Shown piece after piece: positions 9,602-19,775 of a DNA stretch of 64,000 nt. Below the pieces are notes generated by a model. The model had not been told where the DNA came from and made no database searches. It saw only the letters and a program-made list of their open reading frames with translations. The stretch's first letter is position 1, and the number at the start of each line of letters is the position of its first letter. The stretch covers positions 1,440,001 through 1,504,000 of the forward strand of contig CBDCWG010000012.1 in the NCBI GenBank assembly GCA_965223345.1, written 5' to 3'. The DNA is from Nitrospinales bacterium. Lineage in GTDB: Bacteria; Nitrospinota; Nitrospinia; Nitrospinales; VA-1. Made by a program: the position numbers and the translations under genes.

Positions 9602-10438
9602 TCAGATGCGCACCACGATGTTGCGGGATTTGAGATAGGTTTTGGTTTCCGCGATGGTGAATTCCTTGAAATGGAAAATCGAAGCCGCGAGCACCGCGTC
9701 GGCCTTGCCCTCGACGAGGGCCTCGCGCAAATGTTCCAGCGTGCCGGCGCCGCCGGAAGCGATGACCGGCACGGTGACCGCTTCGGAAAGCGTGCGGTTT
9801 AAGGCCAGGTCGTAGCCCGACTTGGTGCCGTCCTTGTCCATGCTGGTCAACAGGATCTCACCCGCGCCGTAGGTTTCCATCTGTTTCGCCCACCTCTCCG
9901 CATGGATTCCCGTCGGGTTGCGCCCTCCGTGGGTGAACACCTGCCAGGCGGGCAGGGTGTCGCCTTGCTGGAAAAACAGTTCCGGATGCCGGTCGTGCCA
10001 GGGAAAGGGCGTGTCCGGAAGCTTGGGCACGCCGGAAACCTCTTTGGCGTCGATGGCCACGACGATGCACTGGCTGCCGAACTTCCGGGCGGCTTCGCCG
10101 ACGAAATCGGGGTCGTGCACGGCGGCGGTATTGATGGCGACTTTGTCGGCGCCGGCCTTGAGGAGATTGCGGATGTCGTCGAGCGTGCGCACGCCGCCGC
10201 CGACGGTGAGCGGCATGAACACCTTTTCCGCCGTGTGCCGCACGACGTCGAGGATGATGTCGCGCTTTTCGTGCGAGGCGGTGATGTCGAGAAAGGTCAG
10301 CTCGTCGGCGCCCTCGGCTTCATAGGCGGCGGCGATCTCCACCGGGTCGCCGGCGTCGCGCAGGTTGACGAAATTGACGCCCTTGACCACCCGGCCGTCC
10401 TTCACGTCGAGGCAGGGGATGATTCGTTTAGCCAGCAT
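9602..10438 (-). CDS. hisF: Imidazole glycerol phosphate synthase cyclase subunit
   Basis: [12 protein letters not shown]...[13 protein letters not shown]...ASGGAG. Confidence 0.97.
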   Translation of the reverse strand: MLAKRIIPCLDVKDGRVVKGVNFVNLRDAGDPVEIAAAYEAEGADELTFLDITASHEKRDIILDVVRHTAEKVFMPLTVGGGVRTLDDIRNLLKAGADKVAINTAAVHDPDFVGEAARKFGSQCIVVAIDAKEVSGVPKLPDTPFPWHDRHPELFFQQGDTLPAWQVFTHGGRNPTGIHAERWAKQMETYGAGEILLTSMDKDGTKSGYDLALNRTLSEAVTVPVIASGGAGTLEHLREALVEGKADAVLAASIFHFKEFTIAETKTYLKSRNIVVRI

Positions 10439-11162
10439 CGCTTTCGACCAGTTTCCGCGCTTCTCGAAAGGAAATGCTTTTATCGTAAAGGGCTTTGCCG
10501 GTTATGACGCCGATGACGCCCAAGGATTCGAGTTCGATCAGGTCGTGGATGTCCTTGAGCGTGCCGACGCCGCCGGAGGCGATGACGGGAAGCGATGTGG
10601 ACTCGGCGAAAGCGCGGATGCTTTCCAGATTGGGGCCTTCGAGCATGCCGTCGCGGCCGATGTCGGTGAAGATGAATTCGGAGATGCCGAGTGGCTGCAT
10701 GCGCGCGGCCAGCTCGCTGGCTTTTTCGCCGGAGACCTCGACCCAGCCTTTGACCGCCACATAACCGCCCTTGGCGTCGATGCCCACGGTGATCTTGCCC
10801 GGAAAGCGTTTGCAGGCCTGTTCCACAAACTGCGGGTCTTTCTGCGCCACGGTGCCGAGGATGACCCGGTACGCGCCGGCGTTCACGTAGGTTTCGATCG
10901 CTTGCAGGGTGCGTATGCCGCCGCCGACCTGGATGTCCACGGAGCTGTTGTAGATGATGTTCTTCACCAGCTCGGCGTTTTTGGGCAGGCCGTCGAACGC
11001 GCCGTCCAGATCCACCACGTGGATGAGCCGGGCCCCTTCTTCGTCCCAGTGGCCCGCGACGGCGAGGGGGTCCTCGGAGTAAACCGTTTCCTGGTCGGCC
11101 TTGCCCTGAGTCAGACGGACGCATTTGCCGTTTTTGATGTCTACTGCAGGAATGATCTTCAT
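10428..11162 (-). CDS. hisA: ProFAR isomerase
   Basis: [37 protein letters not shown]. Confidence 0.97.
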   Translation of the reverse strand: MKIIPAVDIKNGKCVRLTQGKADQETVYSEDPLAVAGHWDEEGARLIHVVDLDGAFDGLPKNAELVKNIIYNSSVDIQVGGGIRTLQAIETYVNAGAYRVILGTVAQKDPQFVEQACKRFPGKITVGIDAKGGYVAVKGWVEVSGEKASELAARMQPLGISEFIFTDIGRDGMLEGPNLESIRAFAESTSLPVIASGGVGTLKDIHDLIELESLGVIGVITGKALYDKSISFREARKLVESDAG

Positions 11163-11343
11163 GTTTCCTTCCAAAAGGCTGTGGATGGGCACCCGGCGGG
11201 TCGCGACAATTCTAGCAGATCGGGGCGCGATTCTCTAATTAGGATGTTTTTTTACAATCCCCTCGGCAAAGCGGGGGCGGCGGGCTTCGGCGCGGAGATA
11301 AGGGGTTTACTCGCTCGGGGGGAGTTTATATAATCTCCCCGGT

Positions 11344-12618
11344 TTGCGGGCTGAACCGTATCCGGATGCATCCTTTCTTGCCTTTTTTCCACCTCGTCTC
11401 GGATGGGCGCGTTTGTCGATCCTCTCAAATCCCACTCTCAAGCAGCGTCTCCTGCCGGTTCTGGACCGGACGATCGCCGTCTGCCTGATGGTGTTTGCGG
11501 TGTTTTCGCTGTTTTCGATCAGCATCACGCAGATCGCATTCGCGCTGGGGACCCTGGCCTGGTTGATCAAAACCGGCCTCACCAGCAGCTGGAAACAGGT
11601 GCGGCTGCCCTTGTGGATGCCGTTTGCGGCGTATTGCCTGGCGGCGGTCCTCGCGGTGATTCTGGCGTTCGATCCCGGCTACAGCGTGAAATCGCTCAAG
11701 AAACTGCTGCAGATCCTGATCTTTTTCTGGGCGGTCAACAGCATCCGCGACGCCAAACAGCGGGATTTTCTCGTCCTGCTTTTGCTCGCTTCCGCCTCGG
11801 CGGCGGCGCTATACGGGTTTTACCAGTCGCTGATGACGGAAGTGACGCTGGCCACCCGGGTCGAGGGTACCATGAGCATCTACATGACGTTTGCGGGACT
11901 GCTCATGCTCACGGGCCTGCTGGCGGCCGGGCGGCTGCTGTTTCGCGAGCCGCGCGAGCCCTGGCTGTTTGCGGCGGTGGCGGTGATCGGCGTCTGCCTG
12001 CTGCTCACGCTGACCCGACAGGCCTGGCTGGGTTTTTTCACCGGCGCGGTGTTGCTGCTGTTTTTCTGGCGGCGCGTCTGGCTCTGGGCGATTCCGGTGG
12101 TCTTGGTGCTGGCGTTTTTGTTCTCGCCGCCGGCGGTGAAGCAGCGCATTCTCTCGATGACCGACCTTTCGGACTGGACGGTGCAGTCGCGGCTGGCTCT
12201 GTGGCGCGGAGGGGTGCAGGTGCTGAAGGATTATCCGGTCACCGGCTGTGGATTCCGCTGCATGGATCTGGTGCATAAAAACTACCCGGATCCGACGGGC
12301 TACATCGCGAAATACCGGGGCATGCACAACAACGTGGCGCAGGTGGCGGTGGACACCGGGTTGCTGGGTCTGGGCGCGTGGGTCAGTATCTGGGTGGTGT
12401 ACTTCTGGCAGCTGTTCAGGCGGTACCGGGACGGCGTGTTCGCAGCCAGGGAGCGATGGGTGGTGTTCGGCAGCGCCGCGGCGGTGGCGGGATTTCTGGC
12501 GGGCGGGCTGTTTGAGGTGAATTTCTACGATTCGGAAGTGGTGATGGTGCTGTATTTCATCCTGGCGCTGCCGTTTGCGGCGGTTTCCCAAGCGGAAACC
12601 GAAAAAGCGCCTGCGTGA
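11344..12618 (+). CDS. O-antigen ligase family protein (start uncertain)
   Basis: Many TM helices; TLTRQAW, GCGF and MHNN motifs typical of WaaL/Wzy_C. Confidence 0.85.
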   Translation: MRAEPYPDASFLAFFPPRLGWARLSILSNPTLKQRLLPVLDRTIAVCLMVFAVFSLFSISITQIAFALGTLAWLIKTGLTSSWKQVRLPLWMPFAAYCLAAVLAVILAFDPGYSVKSLKKLLQILIFFWAVNSIRDAKQRDFLVLLLLASASAAALYGFYQSLMTEVTLATRVEGTMSIYMTFAGLLMLTGLLAAGRLLFREPREPWLFAAVAVIGVCLLLTLTRQAWLGFFTGAVLLLFFWRRVWLWAIPVVLVLAFLFSPPAVKQRILSMTDLSDWTVQSRLALWRGGVQVLKDYPVTGCGFRCMDLVHKNYPDPTGYIAKYRGMHNNVAQVAVDTGLLGLGAWVSIWVVYFWQLFRRYRDGVFAARERWVVFGSAAAVAGFLAGGLFEVNFYDSEVVMVLYFILALPFAAVSQAETEKAPA

Positions 12619-12627
12619 TCGAAGCGG

Positions 12628-12885
12628 TCAGGAGGTTTTGCGTTTGGGCTTGGTGGAGCCGAAACGCTCGAAAAACTTCGGGTGCTTTCTCAGCTTTTCC
12701 TTGGCAAGGGCCACTTCTTTGCGGATGGCTTCCGCATCGTCGCCGGGGAGGCCGGGGTGCTCGAAATTCCCGAAAACCAGGGGTTGGGAGAGAGGGCGTT
12801 TGCTGTGCAGGGTCTGCATGTCGGATTTCTCCTGTTTTTTGAGGCTCTTTCGCTTCGTCGTTTTCAGCTTTGCCTGGGTTTTCAA
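12628..12885 (-). CDS. Small basic hypothetical protein
   Basis: Lys-rich ORF filling the gap; possible sigma-28-like site upstream at 12937-12964. Confidence 0.4.
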   Translation of the reverse strand: MKTQAKLKTTKRKSLKKQEKSDMQTLHSKRPLSQPLVFGNFEHPGLPGDDAEAIRKEVALAKEKLRKHPKFFERFGSTKPKRKTS

Positions 12886-13138
12886 AAAAAAGCCCCGAAC
12901 TCACGCGGTTTGAAACTTTCCTTTGTTTACTATTACTTATCGAGTTTTTTTCAAAATCACTTGACCTTTTTTTTCATTCCCGGGGCTCCGATTTGTGTTA
13001 ACCGTTGATATTTTGCCATTTATGGATAAAATCGGGGGCGACATCGCTTCGCCGCACCACTATTCCTGTAACTCCAACTATATAAAGACTTATGCTGTTT
13101 GAGCCGCCATTTGGGACCGCCATTGTGACGATCCGGCC

Positions 13139-13666
13139 ATGAAAGTGACTGCAACCGCCATCGAGGGGGTTCTGATCATCGAGCCTGAAGTGTATTCCGA
13201 CTCGCGCGGGCTGTTTTTCGAAAGTTATGTGCGGAAACACTACGCCGCGCACGGGATCGACGACGAATTCGTGCAGGACAACCACTCGGTCTCGCGAAAG
13301 GGGGCGCTGCGCGGGCTTCACTACCAGGAAAACCCCGGCCAAGCCAAACTCGTGCGCGTGGGCCAGGGGGAGGTGTTCGATGTGGCGGTGGATGTGCGGC
13401 CGGGTTCCCCGACTTTCGGCCGCTGGGTGGGGACGCGGCTTTCCGGGAGCAACCAGCTGCAGATGTACATCCCGGCGGGATTCGCGCACGGTTTTTGCGT
13501 TTTGAGCGACAGCGCGCAGTTTCTGTACAAATGCTCGGATTATTATTCCCCGGAGCGCGAGCGCGGCGTCCTGTGGAACGACCCGGACATCGGCATCGAA
13601 TGGCCGGTCGCCGACCCCATCCTCTCCGAAAAAGACAAAAACCTGCCGCGTCTCAAGGACCTGTAA
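13139..13666 (+). CDS. rfbC: dTDP-4-dehydrorhamnose 3,5-epimerase
   Basis: DSRGLFFES, LRGLHYQ, PAGFAHGF. Confidence 0.95.
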   Translation: MKVTATAIEGVLIIEPEVYSDSRGLFFESYVRKHYAAHGIDDEFVQDNHSVSRKGALRGLHYQENPGQAKLVRVGQGEVFDVAVDVRPGSPTFGRWVGTRLSGSNQLQMYIPAGFAHGFCVLSDSAQFLYKCSDYYSPERERGVLWNDPDIGIEWPVADPILSEKDKNLPRLKDL

Positions 13667-13833
13667 CCCCGGGCCGATTGGGGAGCCGATTCTGCGCCGG
13701 CGCGTTTTTTCCGCGAAAATCCTTTTGCACGCGGTTTTCGCAATCCGCTCGAAATCCCGCGTTTTCTTTTAAAATCAACCAGCTAAACCGTGAGAGCATA
13801 AGGTGTTGCGGGAGCGCGCGGCCTTTTTTCCCT

Positions 13834-13860
13834 TAATGTTTGTCACCACAATGCCGATAA
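13834..13860 (+). promoter_or_regulatory. Sigma-28 (FliA) promoter
   Basis: TAAT-N15-GCCGATAA, 50 bp upstream of the ATG at 13911. Confidence 0.75.
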
Positions 13861-13910
13861 ATTTTGTAGTAGGGATCTTGTGATGGCAACCTGAAAAGGC
13901 AAAACGGATC

Positions 13911-14684
13911 ATGGCGATTCCTGAATTGATACCTTCCAGCTCTATCCTCTCGCGGCGAAGTTTCGCCTCCGCCATCGACGTTGCCTTCACGACCGGCCTG
14001 AGCCTCAAAACGGAAGAAGGGGATCTGGTCAATCTTTCCTTCGAAAGCCAGAACTCGCTGGCCCAATCCGAAACCGAAACCAAATATGCCGATGGCGACG
14101 CCGTGCAGGAATTTTCCTCGGTTGCGGTGGCCGCTTATCGTTATTCGTTGTCCGTGCAAGGCGATTTGAACCAGGAAGAGCTGGATGCGATCCAGAGCTT
14201 GGTCCGGGAGATCGCGCCCATCGCGCGGCAGTTCTTCGCGCGTGCGGAATTCGATTTGGAGAAAGCATCCGAAGCGCTGTCCGGTTCTTTGGGTGTGATC
14301 GAAGAGGTGGAGCTCGCGCTGGAGCGGGTGATCACCACGACCTTCTCCGCCCGCAGTGTTTCCAATGGCGATTCCGGACTGGAAAACCTGCCCCCGCTTC
14401 CCGCCCCGCAGGCTGTGGAGGCTGAGATCGATCCGGCGCAGATCCGCGACCTGCCTTCGCTGGTCCTGGCTTCTGTGGCGTCCGAATTTGAAGCGCAGGC
14501 GGCGCAATTGCCGCCCAAGGCGCCCATCTTGAGATCGCTGAACGATCTGATGAGTTTCCTGCGCGATCAGCTGGTGCAGTTTCTGGCCCCCTTGAAGCAT
14601 TTCTCAGAGCCCGCAGCCGAAACCGTTCCGCAGAGCGAGCTTCCCGGTTCCTCCGAACAGGAGAACCTGGAGCCTCAGTCCTGA
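13911..14684 (+). CDS. Acidic hypothetical protein
   Basis: LKTEEGDLVNL and SVQGDLNQEELDAI segments; preceded by a sigma-28 promoter. Confidence 0.7.
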   Translation: MAIPELIPSSSILSRRSFASAIDVAFTTGLSLKTEEGDLVNLSFESQNSLAQSETETKYADGDAVQEFSSVAVAAYRYSLSVQGDLNQEELDAIQSLVREIAPIARQFFARAEFDLEKASEALSGSLGVIEEVELALERVITTTFSARSVSNGDSGLENLPPLPAPQAVEAEIDPAQIRDLPSLVLASVASEFEAQAAQLPPKAPILRSLNDLMSFLRDQLVQFLAPLKHFSEPAAETVPQSELPGSSEQENLEPQS

Positions 14685-14776
14685 TTTTTTTTTACATTTC
14701 CTTAAATTCGATTTGAACGGGCCTCAGGCCTCAAGGTTTCCCGTGCTCGTTGCTTTGGGGGGATGGAAGGGCTGCG

Positions 14777-15535
14777 TCAGGCCATCAACGCGCCGCCGTT
14801 GGGGTCGAAGGTCTGGCCCGTGAAGGCGGTGGTTTCCTCGGCCATCAAAAAGCCGGTCAGCCGCGCCACGTCCGCGGGTTCGGACATCCTGCCGAGCGGC
14901 ACTTCGCTCATGGCTTTCCGGTAGGCTTCCTCTTTGCTGATATCGAACACTTTCGCCATGCCTTCCAGTCCCTGATGCGCCATCGCCGTGTCCACCCAGC
15001 CGGGACAGATGGCGTTGACGAGGATGTCGGCCTGTGCGAGCTCGGCGGCGAACGAGCGCATCAGCCCCAGCAGTCCGGCTTTCGAGGCGCAGTAGCCTGT
15101 GTAGGCGGGAACGCCGAGCCGCGCCAGGATGGAGGACATGAACAGGATGCGCCGGTACGGGCTGGGATCTTTTTTCAGGTAGGGCAGGCATTCCTGCGCC
15201 GTGTAGTAGCTGCCGCTCAGGTTGATGTCGATGATCTCGCCCCAGCGGTCGTCCGTCCCGTAATGGTTTTCTCCGCCCACACCGGCGTTGACCACGACGC
15301 CATACAACGACTCGATGCCGCTCGCGTCCAGGGCCTTGCGTATCTGTTCCGGTTTGCGCACGTCCACGGAGTGGCTGTGGTGGCTTGCGGGGTTGGGCAG
15401 GGATTGTTGCGCGGATTTGAGGCGCGCAAGGTCGCGCCCCATCAGCAGGATGGAAAAACCTTTTTCCGCAAGGTGCTGCGCGATGGCCTCTCCGATGCCG
15501 CTGCCGGCGCCGGTCACAACGATGGTTTTTGACAT
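14777..15535 (-). CDS. SDR family oxidoreductase
   Basis: TGAGSGIG, NAG, YCASK. Confidence 0.92.
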   Translation of the reverse strand: MSKTIVVTGAGSGIGEAIAQHLAEKGFSILLMGRDLARLKSAQQSLPNPASHHSHSVDVRKPEQIRKALDASGIESLYGVVVNAGVGGENHYGTDDRWGEIIDINLSGSYYTAQECLPYLKKDPSPYRRILFMSSILARLGVPAYTGYCASKAGLLGLMRSFAAELAQADILVNAICPGWVDTAMAHQGLEGMAKVFDISKEEAYRKAMSEVPLGRMSEPADVARLTGFLMAEETTAFTGQTFDPNGGALMA

Positions 15536-15554
15536 GGTTTTGAGTCCGGTCGGT

Positions 15555-16439
15555 TCAGGTGGATTGGGAACTGAAGCTCTGTGGCGATTTCAGCAGGATG
15601 TTGATGAACTGGGTCAACTGGCGCGATTTTTCCAGTTCCTTGTTCTGATTGTAGATGATGATGAGGTTGTTCATCATGCGCACCAGTGTTTCCCGGTGGG
15701 TGGCCTGGGAAAGGTGGTGTTCCTCGAATTTGTGACCGAAATTTTCCACCCTTTGGATGCAATCCTCGCGGCTGAGTATGCGGCCGGCGTGAAAGGGGTC
15801 GAAAAAGACCGGATCTTTTGGCGCGTTGTATTTGGCGATGTAATGGCCGGGAAGCCCCACCCCGACCAGCGGCAGGCCCAGCCTTTGCGCGATGAGAATG
15901 CACAGGGCGGACAGCGTGATCGGAATGCCGGTTTTGTTTTCGAGCACCTTGTTGAAGTAGGTGTTGTCGGGATCGAGAAAATGCGTCTGGTTGCCGGCGA
16001 ATCCTTTTTCTGCAAACAGAAATCCCGTCACTTTCTGCACCAGCTGCTCGGGCGTGTCTTTGTTTGACAGCCGCGAGGACAACTCGTGTGCCAGCCGGTC
16101 CAGCGCGGTTTTCACCTCGTTGGGGTCGGCGCCGGGGTAGCCGAACTCCATGATGAGCTGCATGCCCTTTTCCAGATCCAGGTCGCCGGACCCGGCGGCC
16201 TGAGAGAGTTCGGTGAATTTTTTGCCGAGCTTGATGGGAAAGATGTCGGCGATGAGTTTGCGGGCGAGCACGCGGATGCCGGGGTTTTCGTCGTTGGCGG
16301 CGATCTCCAGAAACGGCAGCGCGTCTTCCCCGATGTTCAACAGCTGTTCCCGCACTTTGGCGCGCACGAACGCATCCGCATCGTCCATCAGGCGGATCAG
16401 GTTGGATATCTTTTGCTGGTTTTCAGTGTTATCCGTCAT
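15555..16439 (-). CDS. SirB1/transglutaminase-like protein with N-terminal HEAT-like helices
   Basis: GIPITLS, GVGLPGH, FFDPF, RMMNNL. Confidence 0.85.
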   Translation of the reverse strand: MTDNTENQQKISNLIRLMDDADAFVRAKVREQLLNIGEDALPFLEIAANDENPGIRVLARKLIADIFPIKLGKKFTELSQAAGSGDLDLEKGMQLIMEFGYPGADPNEVKTALDRLAHELSSRLSNKDTPEQLVQKVTGFLFAEKGFAGNQTHFLDPDNTYFNKVLENKTGIPITLSALCILIAQRLGLPLVGVGLPGHYIAKYNAPKDPVFFDPFHAGRILSREDCIQRVENFGHKFEEHHLSQATHRETLVRMMNNLIIIYNQNKELEKSRQLTQFINILLKSPQSFSSQST

Positions 16440-16502
16440 CGCAAATAAAAAAAACCTGAACGGACTCGGGCCGTCCAGGCTTTTTTGACGTGCCCATCTG
16501 GA

Positions 16503-17138
16503 TCAAAGATTCGGTTGCGGCGTGGTCCGCAGATACGGCTTGATGACCTTGTGCCCTTTGGGAAACTTTTCCGGAATGTCTTCCGTTTTGATCGCCGGGA
16601 CCACCACGCAGTCGTCGCCCTGTTTCCAGTCCACCGGCGTTGCGACCTGGTAATCGGCCGTGAGCTGCAGGGAATCGATGACGCGCAAAATTTCATCGAA
16701 GTTGCGGCCGGTGGATGCGGGGTACGTGAGGGACAGTTTCACTTTTTTGTCGGGACCGATGATGAAGACCGTGCGGACAGTGAGGTTGTCGAGCGCGTTG
16801 GGGTGGATCATGTCGTACATGGTGGCGATTTTTCTGTCGGGGTCCGCGATGATCGGGTAGTTGACGGTGCAGCTTTGGGTCTCGTTGATGTCCTTGATCC
16901 ATCCTTTGTGAGAATCGACCGGATCGACGCTGAGAGCGAGCACCTTGACGCCTCGTTTTTCGAATTCGCCCTTCAGGTTGGCCACACGGCCCAGCTCCGT
17001 GGTGCACACCGGCGTGTAATCCTTCGGGTGGGAGAAGAGGACCCCCCAGCTGTCTCCCAGCCATTTGTGAAATTCAATGGTTCCTTCGGAACTCTCTGCG
17101 GTAAAATCGGGTGCGACGTCGCCTAATCGGATAGCCAT
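16503..17138 (-). CDS. 1-Cys peroxiredoxin (Prx6 class)
   Basis: FSHPKDYTPVCTTELG; start at MAIRLGD after a GGAG RBS. Confidence 0.95.
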   Translation of the reverse strand: MAIRLGDVAPDFTAESSEGTIEFHKWLGDSWGVLFSHPKDYTPVCTTELGRVANLKGEFEKRGVKVLALSVDPVDSHKGWIKDINETQSCTVNYPIIADPDRKIATMYDMIHPNALDNLTVRTVFIIGPDKKVKLSLTYPASTGRNFDEILRVIDSLQLTADYQVATPVDWKQGDDCVVVPAIKTEDIPEKFPKGHKVIKPYLRTTPQPNL

Positions 17139-17464
17139 CTTGTGATTCCTTCTCCGTGAAATGGGTGTGAACAATCGTGGGTTTGCCGCCGAGCCAGCGG
17201 GAGATTTTTGCAGTGAAATCTCTGAATCTTCCGCAGATCCGGGGAATCCCAATAACATGAAAACCAGAAAGGGGAAACCAGTTCCCGCTTAATACGCTTA
17301 TACTCAATAGGATGTCCGATTATAGCATAAGATTCTTTTGCGAATTCAAAAAAGCGGGAACCCGCCGCGCGCACCGGGCTGACGGTAAGCCGTTGGAAGT
17401 TGGGGGGCTGGGAGCGCAGCAGCGTGCCTTCGCCGCCGCTGCGGCGGGGAAAGGATAGAGCGTC

Positions 17465-17863
17465 ATGGCGATCGACGAACGCTATCTGGAGACCGTCATC
17501 CTGCTGCAGAAAGTATGGGTGTTTTTTCTGATCGCCCTGTATTTTGCCGGGTTCATGACCGAGTATCATTTCCCGGGCGTGCGCGAGGAACCGCTGGAGA
17601 ATGAGAAAATTCTGTGGAATGCGCAGAGGGTGTTGTTTTTTGCGGTGATGTTCGCAGGATTGCTGATCGACGTGGTGCGCATGCGCGTCGATCGCCACAA
17701 GGCGTTCGTGTTTCTTCTCTTATCCCTGGTGTGCGGCGGACTGTCCGGCCCGGTCAGCGCGTTGCAGTATCGATTTTTCGCCGCGATTTTCGGAAAGAGC
17801 GAGGCGGTGGTGTCGGCACTGGCGCAGCCCGGCCTGCAACCCGTGCTTGCGGGATGGTATTGA
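17465..17863 (+). CDS. Hypothetical membrane protein
   Basis: Three hydrophobic helices; codon usage like the core genes. Confidence 0.55.
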   Translation: MAIDERYLETVILLQKVWVFFLIALYFAGFMTEYHFPGVREEPLENEKILWNAQRVLFFAVMFAGLLIDVVRMRVDRHKAFVFLLLSLVCGGLSGPVSALQYRFFAAIFGKSEAVVSALAQPGLQPVLAGWY

Positions 17864-18017
17864 TGCAGGCAGAAACCGCAAGCCGACTCGTTTCTATATA
17901 TTCTAATAATAGATGAAGTATTCCATTTTCCCAGGTTCGCAAAAGAGGGCGGGGGAGGGCAGATGCAAACCCGGATCCGGGCAAAAAAATGCCGGACGAA
18001 CCGCGGGCGCGCCCGTG

Positions 18018-18046
18018 TTGACTCACCTGGGGGGAAGTGCTAGTTT
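18018..18046 (+). promoter_or_regulatory. Sigma-70 promoter of the tRNA
   Basis: TTGACT-N17-TAGTTT. Confidence 0.65.
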
Positions 18047-18077
18047 AGCGGATACCAGACACTCAAAACGAAACTAA

Positions 18078-18153
<76 letters not shown>

Positions 18154-18165
18154 CTTATAAAACAA

Positions 18166-18201
18166 AGGCTTATGAGGAGAATCTCATAAGCCTATTTTTT
18201 T
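18166..18201 (+). terminator. Terminator after the tRNA (island side)
   Basis: AGGCTTATGAG/CTCATAAGCCT stem plus T-run. Confidence 0.8.
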
Positions 18202-18466
18202 GTTTAAAATCCAACTATTTTGAAAAATATAGAATTATTTAAAGTTTAAACAACTGATGAAAAATCGGCTGTCCAAGGTTTTCTGTTTTTAACTTATTAG
18301 CTTTAAAGTAGTTATGGGGTGCTTTTGAGGGCTAAGACTAGTCTATGACCATTCAAAACAAATTCCGTCTTTTCAGGTTTAGATCAGAAGAAAAACTCTG
18401 CTTAGACTGTTAGCCAAAATAGGCTTTATGAGAGTTGTTCAATGAAACTCGATGTCATTAAGGTAG

Positions 18467-18571
18467 TGACCTGCCCCCAATAAACTGGTCAATATGTTGT
18501 GTTGGGCTTGGGTGCTGAATCTTATTGGATAGGAGGCAGATATGAGCCGGAAAGTGTTTCAACCCGAGCAG
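18467..18571 (+). mobile_element. IS3-family left-end remnant (IRL plus the first ~10 codons of orfA)
   Basis: TGACCTGCCCCCAATAAA terminus, GGAGG RBS, ATG at 18542 giving MSRKVFQPEQ, which resembles IS3 OrfA starts such as MxRKRFTPEQI. Confidence 0.7.
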
Positions 18572-18645
18572 AATATCCGCTTCTGGCCGAAAGCTGTCAT
18601 TACGGAGAGGTGGATGAACGGTCGTTCCCGACCCAAAGCGGACGT
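18572..18645. repeat. Palindromic boundary element, copy 1
   Basis: AATATCCGCTTCTGGCCGAAAGCTGTCAT...CGACCCAAAGCGGACGT. Confidence 0.7.
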
Positions 18646-19219
18646 AGAATTGAAGCTACTGAGTAGTGCGTTTTAAAATCTTCCTCCCTGCACTCCGCAC
18701 CCATAACTTTTATTCTCCCAAGTTTTTCTATTATTGACTTTCAATCAATCCTACAAATTCTAGGTCTCTAATCAAGAATTATACGCTTCATTTCTCAAGC
18801 ACATGTCTTGGCTCAACTGATTTAGAGTCGAAGTTATTTTTTCGAGCCCCAAAGTTTTATTGAATATATATTCGGCCTGGAGTGATTTGAGACGTACAAG
18901 GATGGGATTTCTCAGTATTTCCACAATTTTCTCACCTCAGACCGACCGAGACTACCTTGGGTGAAAAAATATTTCTGCCACCGAGAGTCCGATCGGCCGA
19001 CTAAGGAGAAAAGTAATTCGAAATGGAGGTATTGAGCAATCATATCGGATTGCTGCCTAAATGGGGGAATTTATAACCCTTTGTAGTTTAAAAGCTACAT
19101 GCTGATGAAGCATTCCTAATATTTTAAAAAGATAAGAGCTGAAGGAATAATTCGTTTATGGCTGGCGTCTTAATTCTAGCTAGAATAAAAATGATAAAAC
19201 TCAAAAAAAGGAATCCGTC

Positions 19220-19573
19220 ATGCTTAAAGGGGTAATAACCTCAGCAGTAATTATTGGTTTGATTGGATTTTCGTCGACGGCAGCTTTTTCTGCGGATCAG
19301 GATCGAGATCGGCAACAGGACCAGATTCAAAAAAAGGACCGCATTTTTGGGCATGAACTGATGACACCGGAAGAACGCAATGAGCACCGCAAAAAAATGC
19401 GTTCCCTTAATACTGAGCAGGAGCGCGAGGCGTACCGCCTGGAGCACCATAAAAGGATGAAAGAGCGCATGAAAGAAAAAGGAATGTCGCTTTCCGATAG
19501 GCCGATGAGTCAACGAAGCGGTAAAGGTCTGGGAGGAGGGGGAATGGGTGGCGGAGGAGGACGCGGCCGTTAA
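19220..19573 (+). CDS. Secreted charged protein with Gly-rich tail
   Basis: Signal peptide; DQDRDR and LMTPEERNEHR segments; followed by a hairpin at about 19605-19643. Confidence 0.75.
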   Translation: MLKGVITSAVIIGLIGFSSTAAFSADQDRDRQQDQIQKKDRIFGHELMTPEERNEHRKKMRSLNTEQEREAYRLEHHKRMKERMKEKGMSLSDRPMSQRSGKGLGGGGMGGGGGRGR

Positions 19574-19775
19574 TGAAATTGATCTAGGCTGAAATTATTT
19601 CTACTTCTTTCAAGCCCCCTTTTTTAAAGAGGGCTTGAAAGAAAACGACCTTTACACACCTTAAAATGAATCCTTTTCTCGAAGTACACAGCCGACACAC
19701 ACGTCAGGGATAAGCCTCCATTTCTCTTGCAGTGCTTATATATTAATCCGACCGCAGCCATGAAATCCTACTCTG

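Noticed and set aside
18154..19219. Integrase pseudogene next to attL
   Set aside because: No ORF or recognisable tyrosine-recombinase motifs found by eye; BLASTX would be needed
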